Shown piece after piece: positions 18,355-26,843 of a stretch of 64,000 nucleotides of DNA. Below the pieces are notes generated by a model. The model was not told the origin of the DNA. It saw only the letters and a list, made by a program, of their open reading frames with translations, and did no database searches. Within the stretch, counting starts at the first letter, position 1. Every line of letters begins with the position of its first letter. Where the stretch lies: NCBI GenBank assembly GCA_041736305.1, contig JBGSTX010000074.1:1-64000 (forward strand). Reading direction: 5' to 3'. The stretch is from Oligoflexus sp. (GTDB taxonomy: Bacteria; Bdellovibrionota_B; Oligoflexia; Oligoflexales; Oligoflexaceae). The position numbers and the translations under genes were made by a program.

Positions 18355-18756
18355 TCAAGCAACGTCGCCGTGTTCGTATTCGCCATCGGAGATTTTTTTA
18401 TCGATAAAGTCTTGTAAAACACGCTCATTGTCACGATCGATGAGGACGATCTTGATAGCAATACCAGCACCGGTATCAGCCATCACTGCATGCTCTTTTG
18501 GGACTACCCGCGCCATCTTCCCGTTAAAAAAGATAGTCCGCTCAGGCTCAAGCTCAGCCCAAACTTCGAGTATGCTCGATTGATTGAAGGGAAAACGGCC
18601 TGGACTTTCAAATTCGAGGAAAAATCCAGTATTCGATACATCGCGTGACTGGACCTCATAGCGGATCTGAGCGCCTATCGAACCGATGATAACTCGGACC
18701 GACTTACTGAGACGCAGGCGACCGTTCTTACGATTTTCTCTAGACAATTTAGACAT
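18355..18756 (-). CDS. PilZ domain protein (candidate c-di-GMP receptor)
   Basis: RxxxR (RKNGR) and DxSxxG (DVSNTG). Confidence 0.85.
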   Translation of the reverse strand: MSKLSRENRKNGRLRLSKSVRVIIGSIGAQIRYEVQSRDVSNTGFFLEFESPGRFPFNQSSILEVWAELEPERTIFFNGKMARVVPKEHAVMADTGAGIAIKIVLIDRDNERVLQDFIDKKISDGEYEHGDVA

Positions 18757-18792
18757 GAGGGATTCCTTGTACCACATTCCCCAACGAAGGTT

Positions 18793-18819
18793 TTATCGGT
18801 ACAAGGAGCCAATACTTAA
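18793..18819 (-). promoter_or_regulatory. sigma28-like promoter for the PilZ gene
   Basis: TTAA-N15-ACCGATAA. Confidence 0.65.
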
Positions 18820-18841
18820 GCGCGACAGCTAGAAAAAAAGC

Positions 18842-19918
18842 TTACTTTTTGGCGAATTCGCTTTCGATTACCCTTTTGAACTCTTCATATGGCAGAGCTC
18901 CCGAGAGACGGCGGCCATTGATAAAGAATGCAGGCGTACCAGTCACCCCTAACTTTTCGCCACTTCTAAGGTTTTCATCAATAATCGCAACATGTTTTGC
19001 TGGATTTGCGATGCAATCATCGTACTTCTTCGAATCCAGTCCAATCGTTTGGGCGGCCTTCTTGAGATCGCTATCGTTGAGACTTTTTTGGTTCTTGAAG
19101 AGCTCTTCGTACATTTCCCAGTATTTGCCCTGCTCTTTTGCACAGCGAGCGGCAATGGCAGCTGGACGGGCACGGTTGTGAAAGCCTAAAGGAAAGTCTC
19201 GTACGATCCAGCGAATCTTTCCTTGGTATTCCTTAAGAAGTTGACGGGCAGCCGGCTGAACTCGCTCACAGAAAGGGCACTGGAATTCCGAGTACTCAAT
19301 GATAGTGATGGCACAATCATTACCCTTGCAGCCTGTAGGTTTAGTATCTTTAGGAGAGGGACCATATTTTACAGGGTCGTTGTCATTTACGCTGACCTTG
19401 TAAACAGGTTCCTTGGGCTCTGGATACTGAATTTCAAGCTGCTTTTTGGCAACACCTTCTGCGATAATCGACTCGAAGACTTCCTGCGCTTTAGTACGCT
19501 GCAGATACTCGACCATCATCTTTTTCTTTTCGGCATCGCTGCGATCTTTGAGCTGGGGATAGTCTTTGAATTTTTCCAAAGTTTCTTTGATCTCGGAATC
19601 AGAGACCTTGGTTTTTGCATCGAGATAGTCCGTCTTTGCTTTTTCGACAGGAACCTTGTCTTTTTCCGCTATTTTCTGGAAAAAATCCTCCAGGTATTTT
19701 TCACGAGCCAGATCGCTTATCAGTTCAAAGCGCTTCTGCTCAATATCGAAAAATTTCCCCTGGTTTTCCCTGGCAAGATCTTCAACCGCGTAAGCCTTGC
19801 CATTAATCTTGAAGGCAGGCTCGGCACGAAGCTGCGCTGCATAGGTTGCAAAGCTTGATACTAAGGCCGCCATTATGAAAAGATACGGCGCTCTTCGCCG
19901 ATTGTTGATGATCGCCAT
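18842..19918 (-). CDS. DsbA-family thioredoxin-domain protein with N-terminal helical domain
   Basis: Signal peptide; YSEFQCPFC, DFPL, GVTGTPAFFING. Confidence 0.9.
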   Translation of the reverse strand: MAIINNRRRAPYLFIMAALVSSFATYAAQLRAEPAFKINGKAYAVEDLARENQGKFFDIEQKRFELISDLAREKYLEDFFQKIAEKDKVPVEKAKTDYLDAKTKVSDSEIKETLEKFKDYPQLKDRSDAEKKKMMVEYLQRTKAQEVFESIIAEGVAKKQLEIQYPEPKEPVYKVSVNDNDPVKYGPSPKDTKPTGCKGNDCAITIIEYSEFQCPFCERVQPAARQLLKEYQGKIRWIVRDFPLGFHNRARPAAIAARCAKEQGKYWEMYEELFKNQKSLNDSDLKKAAQTIGLDSKKYDDCIANPAKHVAIIDENLRSGEKLGVTGTPAFFINGRRLSGALPYEEFKRVIESEFAKK

Positions 19919-20108
19919 AGAGATTTTTGTGCTCCTCAGGTATGTTATTGAGATTCCTGCACTTTATCAAGCAGTAAGGATATGATAAGGTCTTACCCAT
20001 GATAAATCGATAAAAATTGTCTCGCTTAGGTAAAAAGTTGTGGTGCCTTTTTAAAAAAAAGTGAAGTTGTGATCTTGAAGCGATAAGGCTCGAGCTAAAG
20101 GAAGCAGC

Positions 20109-20666
20109 ATGAATAGCAGTCAGGACAGTCTTCTCGTCTGGATTGATATGGAAATGTCGGGACTAAACCCGAGTACCGATGAAGTTCTAGAAATAGCGGT
20201 TCTCTTGACCAATAAGGACTTGGATGTCGTCGCTGTAGGTCCTGAGCTCGTGATCAAGCAATCCCCAATCCTATTTGATAAAATGGATACATGGAATCGC
20301 GAACACCATACTAAATCCGGCCTTTGGGACTTGGTATTATCATCGGCACTCAGCCTGCCAGATGCCGAAAAGATCGTTCTGGATTTTCTTAAACAGCATA
20401 TAGGACCTCGTCAGTCACCCCTCTGTGGCAACTCCATTAATCAAGACCGGATGTTTCTTATGCGACATATGGCAGCTGTTCATGAATATCTTCACTACCG
20501 CATGATTGATGTCAGCTGCTTGAAGGAGCTCGTAAAGCGTTGGTATCCGGGTGGCCCAAGTGCTCCCACCAAGGCCAACCATCATCGAGCTTTAGATGAT
20601 ATAAGAGAGAGCATTGCTGAGCTTCGCTTCTATCGCGAAAACTTCTTTTTGCCTGCACGCCAATAA
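20109..20666 (+). CDS. orn: Oligoribonuclease
   Basis: LVWIDMEMSGL, PLCGNSI..DR, HYRMIDVS, HRALDDIRESIAEL. Confidence 0.97.
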   Translation: MNSSQDSLLVWIDMEMSGLNPSTDEVLEIAVLLTNKDLDVVAVGPELVIKQSPILFDKMDTWNREHHTKSGLWDLVLSSALSLPDAEKIVLDFLKQHIGPRQSPLCGNSINQDRMFLMRHMAAVHEYLHYRMIDVSCLKELVKRWYPGGPSAPTKANHHRALDDIRESIAELRFYRENFFLPARQ

Positions 20667-20673
20667 GTCATCT

Positions 20674-20702
20674 TTCGTGCTGCTTTTCTTTGATGTTAGT
20701 AT
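20674..20702 (+). promoter_or_regulatory. sigma70-type promoter candidate for the intergenic RNA
   Basis: TTCGTG-N17-TAGTAT with extended TG; predicted +1 near 20709-20710 coincides with the first stem. Confidence 0.5.
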
Positions 20703-20708
20703 CTTGTT

Positions 20709-20892
20709 TAGGACCCTCTGGCCGATGCGGATCAACCGTGGTTTATAAGGTCCTATAGGCTAAATGCCTAGGAAAGGAGGTGGTGCTGTGGTGTCTATCG
20801 ACTGCACTAGTAGCACGGAGGTGAACGTCTCTTAAACAGAGGCGTAACCTCCACTACTAAACCGGCTCTACCTCTAATATTGGAGAGCCGGT
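20709..20892 (+). ncRNA. Structured intergenic RNA, Pxr-like candidate, containing a short ORF
   Basis: Consecutive stems: TAGGACC/GGTCCTA; TAGGC/GCCTA; TGGTGC/GCACTA; TAGTAG-GGAGGT-ACGTCTCT/AGAGGCGT-ACCTCC-CTACTA; ACCGGCTCT/AGAGCCGGT. Confidence 0.65.
20788..20835 (+). CDS. Putative 15-aa peptide MVSIDCTSSTEVNVS
   Basis: AAAGGAGGTG SD, 7 nt from AGGAGG to the GTG; TAA lies in the loop of the long hairpin. Confidence 0.35.
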   Translation: MVSIDCTSSTEVNVS

Positions 20893-20930
20893 CCCCTGAT
20901 TTTACCGTCTTCGAGACCAACTTCAGATCT

Positions 20931-21779
20931 TTAACTCATCATCTTTTTTCGGAAGAAATTAGGAATTGCGAACACGGCAGTCATCAGATCCTCATTGAGG
21001 TACTGAAGATCAGTTTTAGCAATTGCCGAAAAACGCTTCCTATCGAACTTACTGATGTCTATGGCTTGCTTTGACGCCATCGTCCACGACCACATCCCTT
21101 TTGGATAGGTAGGAATACTGCCGATATAGGGATGTACATGGCGGAATCCCCCGGCGGTGACGTTGCGATAGATTCGTTGTAAAATGGGAGCATCATGCCA
21201 GGGTGATTCAGACTGACAAACCATAAGACCGTTCGGTTTTAATGCCTTTGCTACGCTCCGGTAGAATTCACCACTGAATAAACCTTCGCCTGGCCCAATC
21301 GGATCCGTTGAATCCACTACGACAATATCCAAGCTCTCAGGCTTGCAATCTTTCATATAGGCGACTCCGTCTCCTATATTGAGCGTGACCCTTGGATCAC
21401 GAATGCCCTGAGCAATTTTTGGGAAGAATTTTTCGCAGGATTCTACGACCAGCCCATCAATTTCACAGAGGACAATTTCCTTTACCTCTGGATGTTTCAG
21501 CAGCTCGCGGACAGTCCCCCCATCACCACCACCAATGACGACAATACGTTCAGGGTTGGGATGGTTGAGAGCTGGTACATGCGCGATAAGTTCATGATAA
21601 ACAAACTCATCTTTATCCGTGCACATCACTAGACCATCGAGAAGAAGCATCCGCCCATAGGCCTCTGTTTCTATCACATCGACAGTCTGGTATTCCGAGC
21701 GTCCGCGAAAAAGTACATCTTTCGCTTTAAAGCCAGCTTTTAGATCGTCCCCATAATCTTCAAAATACCAAAGCTGCAT
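20931..21779 (-). CDS. speE: Spermidine synthase (polyamine aminopropyltransferase)
   Basis: LLLDG, DEFVYHE, VIGGGDGGTVRE, VDSTDPIGPGEGLF. Confidence 0.95.
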   Translation of the reverse strand: MQLWYFEDYGDDLKAGFKAKDVLFRGRSEYQTVDVIETEAYGRMLLLDGLVMCTDKDEFVYHELIAHVPALNHPNPERIVVIGGGDGGTVRELLKHPEVKEIVLCEIDGLVVESCEKFFPKIAQGIRDPRVTLNIGDGVAYMKDCKPESLDIVVVDSTDPIGPGEGLFSGEFYRSVAKALKPNGLMVCQSESPWHDAPILQRIYRNVTAGGFRHVHPYIGSIPTYPKGMWSWTMASKQAIDISKFDRKRFSAIAKTDLQYLNEDLMTAVFAIPNFFRKKMMS

Positions 21780-21806
21780 CTTGTCTTTCCTTCCCCTCTG
21801 ACAGGC

Positions 21807-22496
21807 TTAGCGCCCTTTTCGTTCTTGGCTGCGAACATATTCGAGGAAGGAAGCTTTGTCTTCCATAATAGCCTGGTAACGCATCGGATTCATTCCGCGC
21901 TGCCCCTTACCTCGGTTGCCGCCACGGTTGTTGTTGTTGTTATTATTCGCACCGCTGTTAGACCCGGCAACGTTGTTGCCGTTGCCTCGGCTCCCCATAG
22001 ACGGTCCGCCGCCACTACCCTTCATTTGATTTTTGCGTTCGACGATTTCCCAAGCTCGTAGGACAACCCCTTCAGCCAAAAGTTCGGTGACGAATTCTTC
22101 CATGGAAATACCTTCGTCAGCTGCTTGCTCCTTAATTTTACGGATCAACGAGCGTGAGAGTTTGATATGGAGAACTTCGGATTCGACTTCAGTTTTGCTG
22201 TTATTGGCTTTTGGAAGAATGAGAGGACTCGCTTCGTGATTAACTTCAGGAGTGGAAATGAATTTCTGCTCTAAGGGCGGCAGAGCAGCTTCTACCAGGG
22301 ACGCCACAAGTTCGGCAGAGGCCTCCTCGACTGATTTACCATCTTTTTCCCTAGAGCTCAGCTTTGTGCGCCCCATCTTTTTACTCACTGCCGAAGGAAT
22401 AGGACGGTCCATGTCATCGATCCCGGGCTTTTTAATGCGGGGACCAGACTTTTTACTGAGAGTTTTGGCCTTCTTGCCCTTAACTTTTTCTGCCAT
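21807..22496 (-). CDS. Hypothetical protein with ribbon-helix-helix-like core and Asn/Gly-rich low-complexity segment
   Basis: LHIKLSRSLIRKIKEQAADEGISMEEFVTELL; AGGAG SD; poly-Asn run. Confidence 0.75.
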   Translation of the reverse strand: MAEKVKGKKAKTLSKKSGPRIKKPGIDDMDRPIPSAVSKKMGRTKLSSREKDGKSVEEASAELVASLVEAALPPLEQKFISTPEVNHEASPLILPKANNSKTEVESEVLHIKLSRSLIRKIKEQAADEGISMEEFVTELLAEGVVLRAWEIVERKNQMKGSGGGPSMGSRGNGNNVAGSNSGANNNNNNNRGGNRGKGQRGMNPMRYQAIMEDKASFLEYVRSQERKGR

Positions 22497-23046
22497 TCTG
22501 AATCATCTCCTGACGTTATTTCACAAGGAAGGGAACACTTTCCGACTAGTCGCAGCCTGGGAAGCCAGACGTTCGGCTTTATGGATGCAAAGAGGTCATG
22601 CAGCGAGGCGAAATCTCGGTATGGGTGCCGAGAAAAAAGCAGGAAGAAATCGCTTATCTGCATGAAATGAGGCAGAAAAAGCTTGCACAGATTTCCTCAA
22701 TCGAGTCGTTCGCTTTACGTATGCTTTCGAAGGGACTTTCATTGGCTCGTTCGAACCAATCCAGGAAAAGGCAATCCTTGTGTACTATATCCTCTGCCTC
22801 AGGCTAGAGCCTCTCGTCAAGCTCAATCATCGGTCGAAAACCCAAAACTCTTTAGGATTCGCGGCCCTTAAGCGGGGTTAAAAAATTTTATCCTTTGTTT
22901 TCAATTGATTACAAGATAGTCTTGGGCAATGAAAGAATCGAATATCGTAGAATCATACATAGTAATTGGCGGTATAGCCTCCTCCCTAAAATTGGAATGT
23001 CGTGTAATATGAAAAGCTCCAGCAAATCTTCATTGGGGTTACATGG

Positions 23047-24603
23047 ATGAACTTTTGGCGAAAACCTTTGCGCGGATTGCGCTCAGTTAAACATATCCTC
23101 GCCTGTTGGCCTTGGCTGTATGTCCTGGCTCTCGGGAGCACCGAGTTTGCGCTAGCCGCGCGCTCAGACTTGCGTTTATCGCTAGAGGATTCCATCCGGA
23201 CCTTTGACCCACGTCAAAGTGTAGATGCAAACAGCCAGTACATCGAAGATCTCATCCATTGTTCGCTCATAAGCTTCGATCCCCAAGGCCAATTGAAAAC
23301 GGGGATCACCGCAAAAATGCCCGTATGGGTAAAGCCAAATATCCTCGAGCTCACACTGAAAGACGGCATTCGTTTTAACGATGGATCACCTCTTACCGCT
23401 GCCGACGTCGCAGCCACTTATCTGGCCTTCGTGCAGGACAAGAGCTTCGCTCGCAGCGCATCCTTCAACACTCTCGTCAAAGTAGAACTAACGGATTCCA
23501 AAACCCTCCGCTTTGAGCTCAAGGAAGCCGACGCTAGCTTTATAAGCAATTTAGTCGTAGGAATTTTACCTAGTAAATATGCCCAGGAAAAGCAGCTAGA
23601 CCCTCTCAAAACACCTAGCTGCGGACCTTACAAATTAAAAAGCGTCGATATAAATACGATTACGCTCGAAGTTAATCCTCAAATTCCAGTCGATCAACAA
23701 CCCAAGTTGAAAACTCTTGAGTGGAAAATTGTCAAAAATGAAAAAACGCGCTTTGCGAAGCTCCAAACCGGAGAACTCGATCTGGTCCAGAACAGTATCA
23801 GCCGCGATACGCTGAAAACAATTGAGCGAAAAAATCCGCAGCTCCGCGTCATCCGTAGCCCAGCGCTCAAGACCAGCTATCTCGGCTTCAATCTCCGCGA
23901 TAAGTTAGTAGGCAATCCTGCGATTCGAGAAGCTATGTCTCACGCGATCAATCGACAGGAGATCATCGACATTATCTTAGGTGGTTTAGCTAGTCCTGCC
24001 ACTACCCTACTGCCACCTAATTCTCCCTTTCAAGAAAGCCAGCTGAAGTCACGACCCTTTGATTTAGAAAAAGCAAAATCTATTCTCGATGCCGCTGGCT
24101 TTCCTATGAAGGAAGACGCACGCTTTGAGGTAAGTCTCAAAACCACGACTGACATCACCCGCCTGAGTGTCGCGAAAGCTATCGCGAGCCAACTGAAAAA
24201 AATCGGCATCAAAGTCATAGTCGAACCGATGGAATGGGGCCGCTTCAAACAAGATGTCGACGCCGGTCGCGTGCAGATCTGGAGTTTAACCTGGGTCGGC
24301 TTCAAAGACCCTGATATCTACCGTCACGCTTTTGCTAGTGAAAGCTTTCCGCCAAATGGGGCAAATCGTGGTTGGTATAGCAACCCCAAACTCGACGAGC
24401 TCCTTAAAAAAGGGCGACGCACGACCGACGAGAAAGAACGTATCTCCATCTATAAAGAAGCTCAGCTGCTCCTCGATCAGGATATCCCCTATATATTTCT
24501 CTGGCACGAAGACAACTTTGCCGTCATCAACAAACAGCTGGAAGGTTTTACCCTTTATGCTGATGGCCGTTACACCTCGCTGACTGGAGCCCATTTTCCT
24601 TGA
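23047..24603 (+). CDS. ABC transporter substrate-binding protein, family 5 (peptide/nickel)
   Basis: RFNDGSPLTAADV, GPYKL, IREAMSHAINR, WYSNPKLDELL. Confidence 0.92.
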   Translation: MNFWRKPLRGLRSVKHILACWPWLYVLALGSTEFALAARSDLRLSLEDSIRTFDPRQSVDANSQYIEDLIHCSLISFDPQGQLKTGITAKMPVWVKPNILELTLKDGIRFNDGSPLTAADVAATYLAFVQDKSFARSASFNTLVKVELTDSKTLRFELKEADASFISNLVVGILPSKYAQEKQLDPLKTPSCGPYKLKSVDINTITLEVNPQIPVDQQPKLKTLEWKIVKNEKTRFAKLQTGELDLVQNSISRDTLKTIERKNPQLRVIRSPALKTSYLGFNLRDKLVGNPAIREAMSHAINRQEIIDIILGGLASPATTLLPPNSPFQESQLKSRPFDLEKAKSILDAAGFPMKEDARFEVSLKTTTDITRLSVAKAIASQLKKIGIKVIVEPMEWGRFKQDVDAGRVQIWSLTWVGFKDPDIYRHAFASESFPPNGANRGWYSNPKLDELLKKGRRTTDEKERISIYKEAQLLLDQDIPYIFLWHEDNFAVINKQLEGFTLYADGRYTSLTGAHFP

Positions 24604-24624
24604 ATGCCACTAGGAGGTTTTACT

Positions 24625-25548
24625 TTGGTCGTTTACATTGCAAAGCGTCTGGCCAGCCTTATACCTGTGGGCCTAGGTGTCCTGCTTATCGTCGCGTTTA
24701 TGATTCATCTGGTTCCAGGCGACCCAGTAGATGCAATTCTGGGCGACTATGCGAGTCAGGATGACAAGAATTCACTTCGCCATGCCCTCGGTCTCGATCT
24801 TCCCGTCCCGCAGCAGTTAGCTGCCTATGTCCAAGATGTGGCTCGAGGCGACCTTGGAAGCAGCCTTATTTTTCATAAGCCAGTAACCCAGCTGCTCCTC
24901 GAAAGAATGCCGGCGACAGTTGAACTCGCTATTTGTTCTCTTCTCGTCGCTTTAGCTATTTCGATTCCGCTTGGAGTTATCAGCGCTGTAAAAGCTGGCA
25001 GCAGCATAGATATCGTGGCGATGACTTTTGCTGTATCGGGAGTCGCGATTCCAACCTTCTGGCTCGGCCCGCTCCTGATCCTGCTTTTTTCCATTGAACT
25101 TGGTTGGTTACCTGTATCAGAACGAGGCTCTTGGCAAAGCTATATTCTACCCTCTCTTTCTATGGGCACCGCGCTAGCTGCAGCCCTGAGCCGTATGACG
25201 CGAAACTCGATGTTAGAGACGCTTAAAGAAGACTTTATCCGCACCGCACGTGCCAAGGGTTGCTCAGAGTTTCGGGTTATTATGCAGCACGCTTTCCGAA
25301 ATGCCTCACTTCCGCTAGTGACCGTCATCGGATTGCAGTTCGGAGTGCTGCTAACAGGAGCCATTATCACAGAACGTATTTTCGACTGGCCCGGTCTGGG
25401 AAGCCTCCTCATCGAAGGCATCGGTACCCGCGACTATCCAGTCGTTCAGGGTTGTGTCTTAGTTTTTTCGAGCTCCTATCTGCTGGTCAATCTCCTCACG
25501 GATCTTACCTACTCGTTGGTTGATCCTCGCATAAGGCTCAGTCCCTGA
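24625..25548 (+). CDS. Peptide/nickel ABC permease (OppB/DppB-like)
   Basis: PGDP, LGLD, RTARAKG, RDYPVVQG, DPRIR; TTG start after AGGAGG. Confidence 0.93.
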   Translation: MVVYIAKRLASLIPVGLGVLLIVAFMIHLVPGDPVDAILGDYASQDDKNSLRHALGLDLPVPQQLAAYVQDVARGDLGSSLIFHKPVTQLLLERMPATVELAICSLLVALAISIPLGVISAVKAGSSIDIVAMTFAVSGVAIPTFWLGPLLILLFSIELGWLPVSERGSWQSYILPSLSMGTALAAALSRMTRNSMLETLKEDFIRTARAKGCSEFRVIMQHAFRNASLPLVTVIGLQFGVLLTGAIITERIFDWPGLGSLLIEGIGTRDYPVVQGCVLVFSSSYLLVNLLTDLTYSLVDPRIRLSP

Positions 25549-25558
25549 AGGAGTGCTC

Positions 25559-26407
25559 ATGTCCACGGCTCTCAATCCTCAGCAAAGAGTCTGGCAAAAA
25601 CTGCGGATCAACCCGCGCTTTTTGCTAGGTTTAACCGTCTTAGGGCTTACTCTTTTCTGCGCCCTCGGTGCACCTTGGCTAGCTCGTTTTCCTCTTGGTG
25701 AGGCTGAACTTGTTGATCGGCTCTGTGCACCGGGAAGCCAACACTGGCTCGGCTGCGATACTGAAGGGCAAGACATTATGACAATCATGCTCTACGGAGC
25801 GCGTATCTCGCTCTACGTAGCTTTGCTAACGGTAACTCTTTCTCTAAGCCTAGGAACTTTTCTGGGGCTTATAAGCGGATACTGGCGGGGCTGGTTCGAT
25901 GTCCTTCTGATGCGTATTGTTGATATATTTATGGCATTTCCAGGTATACTTCTCGCCTTGACTCTGACCGCTATTATCGGTCCAAGTCTTTATACGGTCG
26001 TGTTTGCGATAGCTGCCAGTGGGTGGACCAGCACGGCTCGCCTCGTAAGAGGGCAGGTTCTTTCAGTGCGCGAGCGAGAGTTTGTACAAGCCAGCCGTGC
26101 GCTGGGCGCTAGCAACCGCCGGCTCATATTCAAGCATGTTTTGCCGGCAGTCTTATCGCCTTTGGTTGTACATGCTACGTTTTCGCTTTCTAGCGTTATT
26201 ATCGTTGAGGCAGGCTTGAGCTTTCTTGGCTTCGGTGCCCGTGATGCTATCCTCACTTGGGGTGGTTTGCTAGGACAAGCCAGCCAGGTGGAGCTGGACC
26301 AAGCTCCACATTTAGCAGTGATTCCCGGGCTGGCTATTTTCACCTTGGTGATGTCTCTTAATTTGATGGGCGATGCCCTTCGGGACGCTTTGGATCCTCG
26401 CAGCTAG
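25559..26407 (+). CDS. Peptide/nickel ABC permease (OppC/DppC-like)
   Basis: HWLGCD, YGARISL, REFVQASRALGA, GDALRDALDPR. Confidence 0.93.
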   Translation: MSTALNPQQRVWQKLRINPRFLLGLTVLGLTLFCALGAPWLARFPLGEAELVDRLCAPGSQHWLGCDTEGQDIMTIMLYGARISLYVALLTVTLSLSLGTFLGLISGYWRGWFDVLLMRIVDIFMAFPGILLALTLTAIIGPSLYTVVFAIAASGWTSTARLVRGQVLSVREREFVQASRALGASNRRLIFKHVLPAVLSPLVVHATFSLSSVIIVEAGLSFLGFGARDAILTWGGLLGQASQVELDQAPHLAVIPGLAIFTLVMSLNLMGDALRDALDPRS

Positions 26408-26451
26408 AGGCAGAAAGACAAAAACTGACAAAGGCGAAGGAAGACAGAATT

Positions 26452-26835
26452 ATGAAAAAGAAAATTTTGGTGGTCGACGATTCTTTGACAGCTCGACGCC
26501 TGGTAACCAGCAATTTAGTTGATCTCAACCTTGAAGTAATTGAAGCCGGCGACGGCAAGGAAGGCTTGAGTCGTCTTCGAGAACATCCGGATGTTCATCT
26601 AATATTTACAGATATCAACATGCCTTGGATGAGTGGCCTCGAAATGATTGCTGAAATCAAGAACAATGCTCAGCTAGCAAAAATTCCCATCTGTCTACTA
26701 ACCACAGAGACTGGCTCAGATTCTTTAAGTCAGGCGAAAGATCTTGGCGTCAACGCTTTTCTAGTGAAACCTGTGCAGAAAGCACAGCTTCTGGCTGTTA
26801 TCAACGGTTACTTGCAGGCCCAGACAGGAGCATGA
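26452..26835 (+). CDS. Single-domain response regulator (CheY-like)
   Basis: ILVVDDS, TDINMP, LTTE, FLVKP. Confidence 0.92.
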   Translation: MKKKILVVDDSLTARRLVTSNLVDLNLEVIEAGDGKEGLSRLREHPDVHLIFTDINMPWMSGLEMIAEIKNNAQLAKIPICLLTTETGSDSLSQAKDLGVNAFLVKPVQKAQLLAVINGYLQAQTGA

Positions 26836-26843
26836 GACTGACA

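Noticed and set aside
21927-21947. (GTT)n microsatellite as a phase-variation or repeat element
   Set aside because: In-frame triplets encoding poly-Asn; length change would not shift the frame
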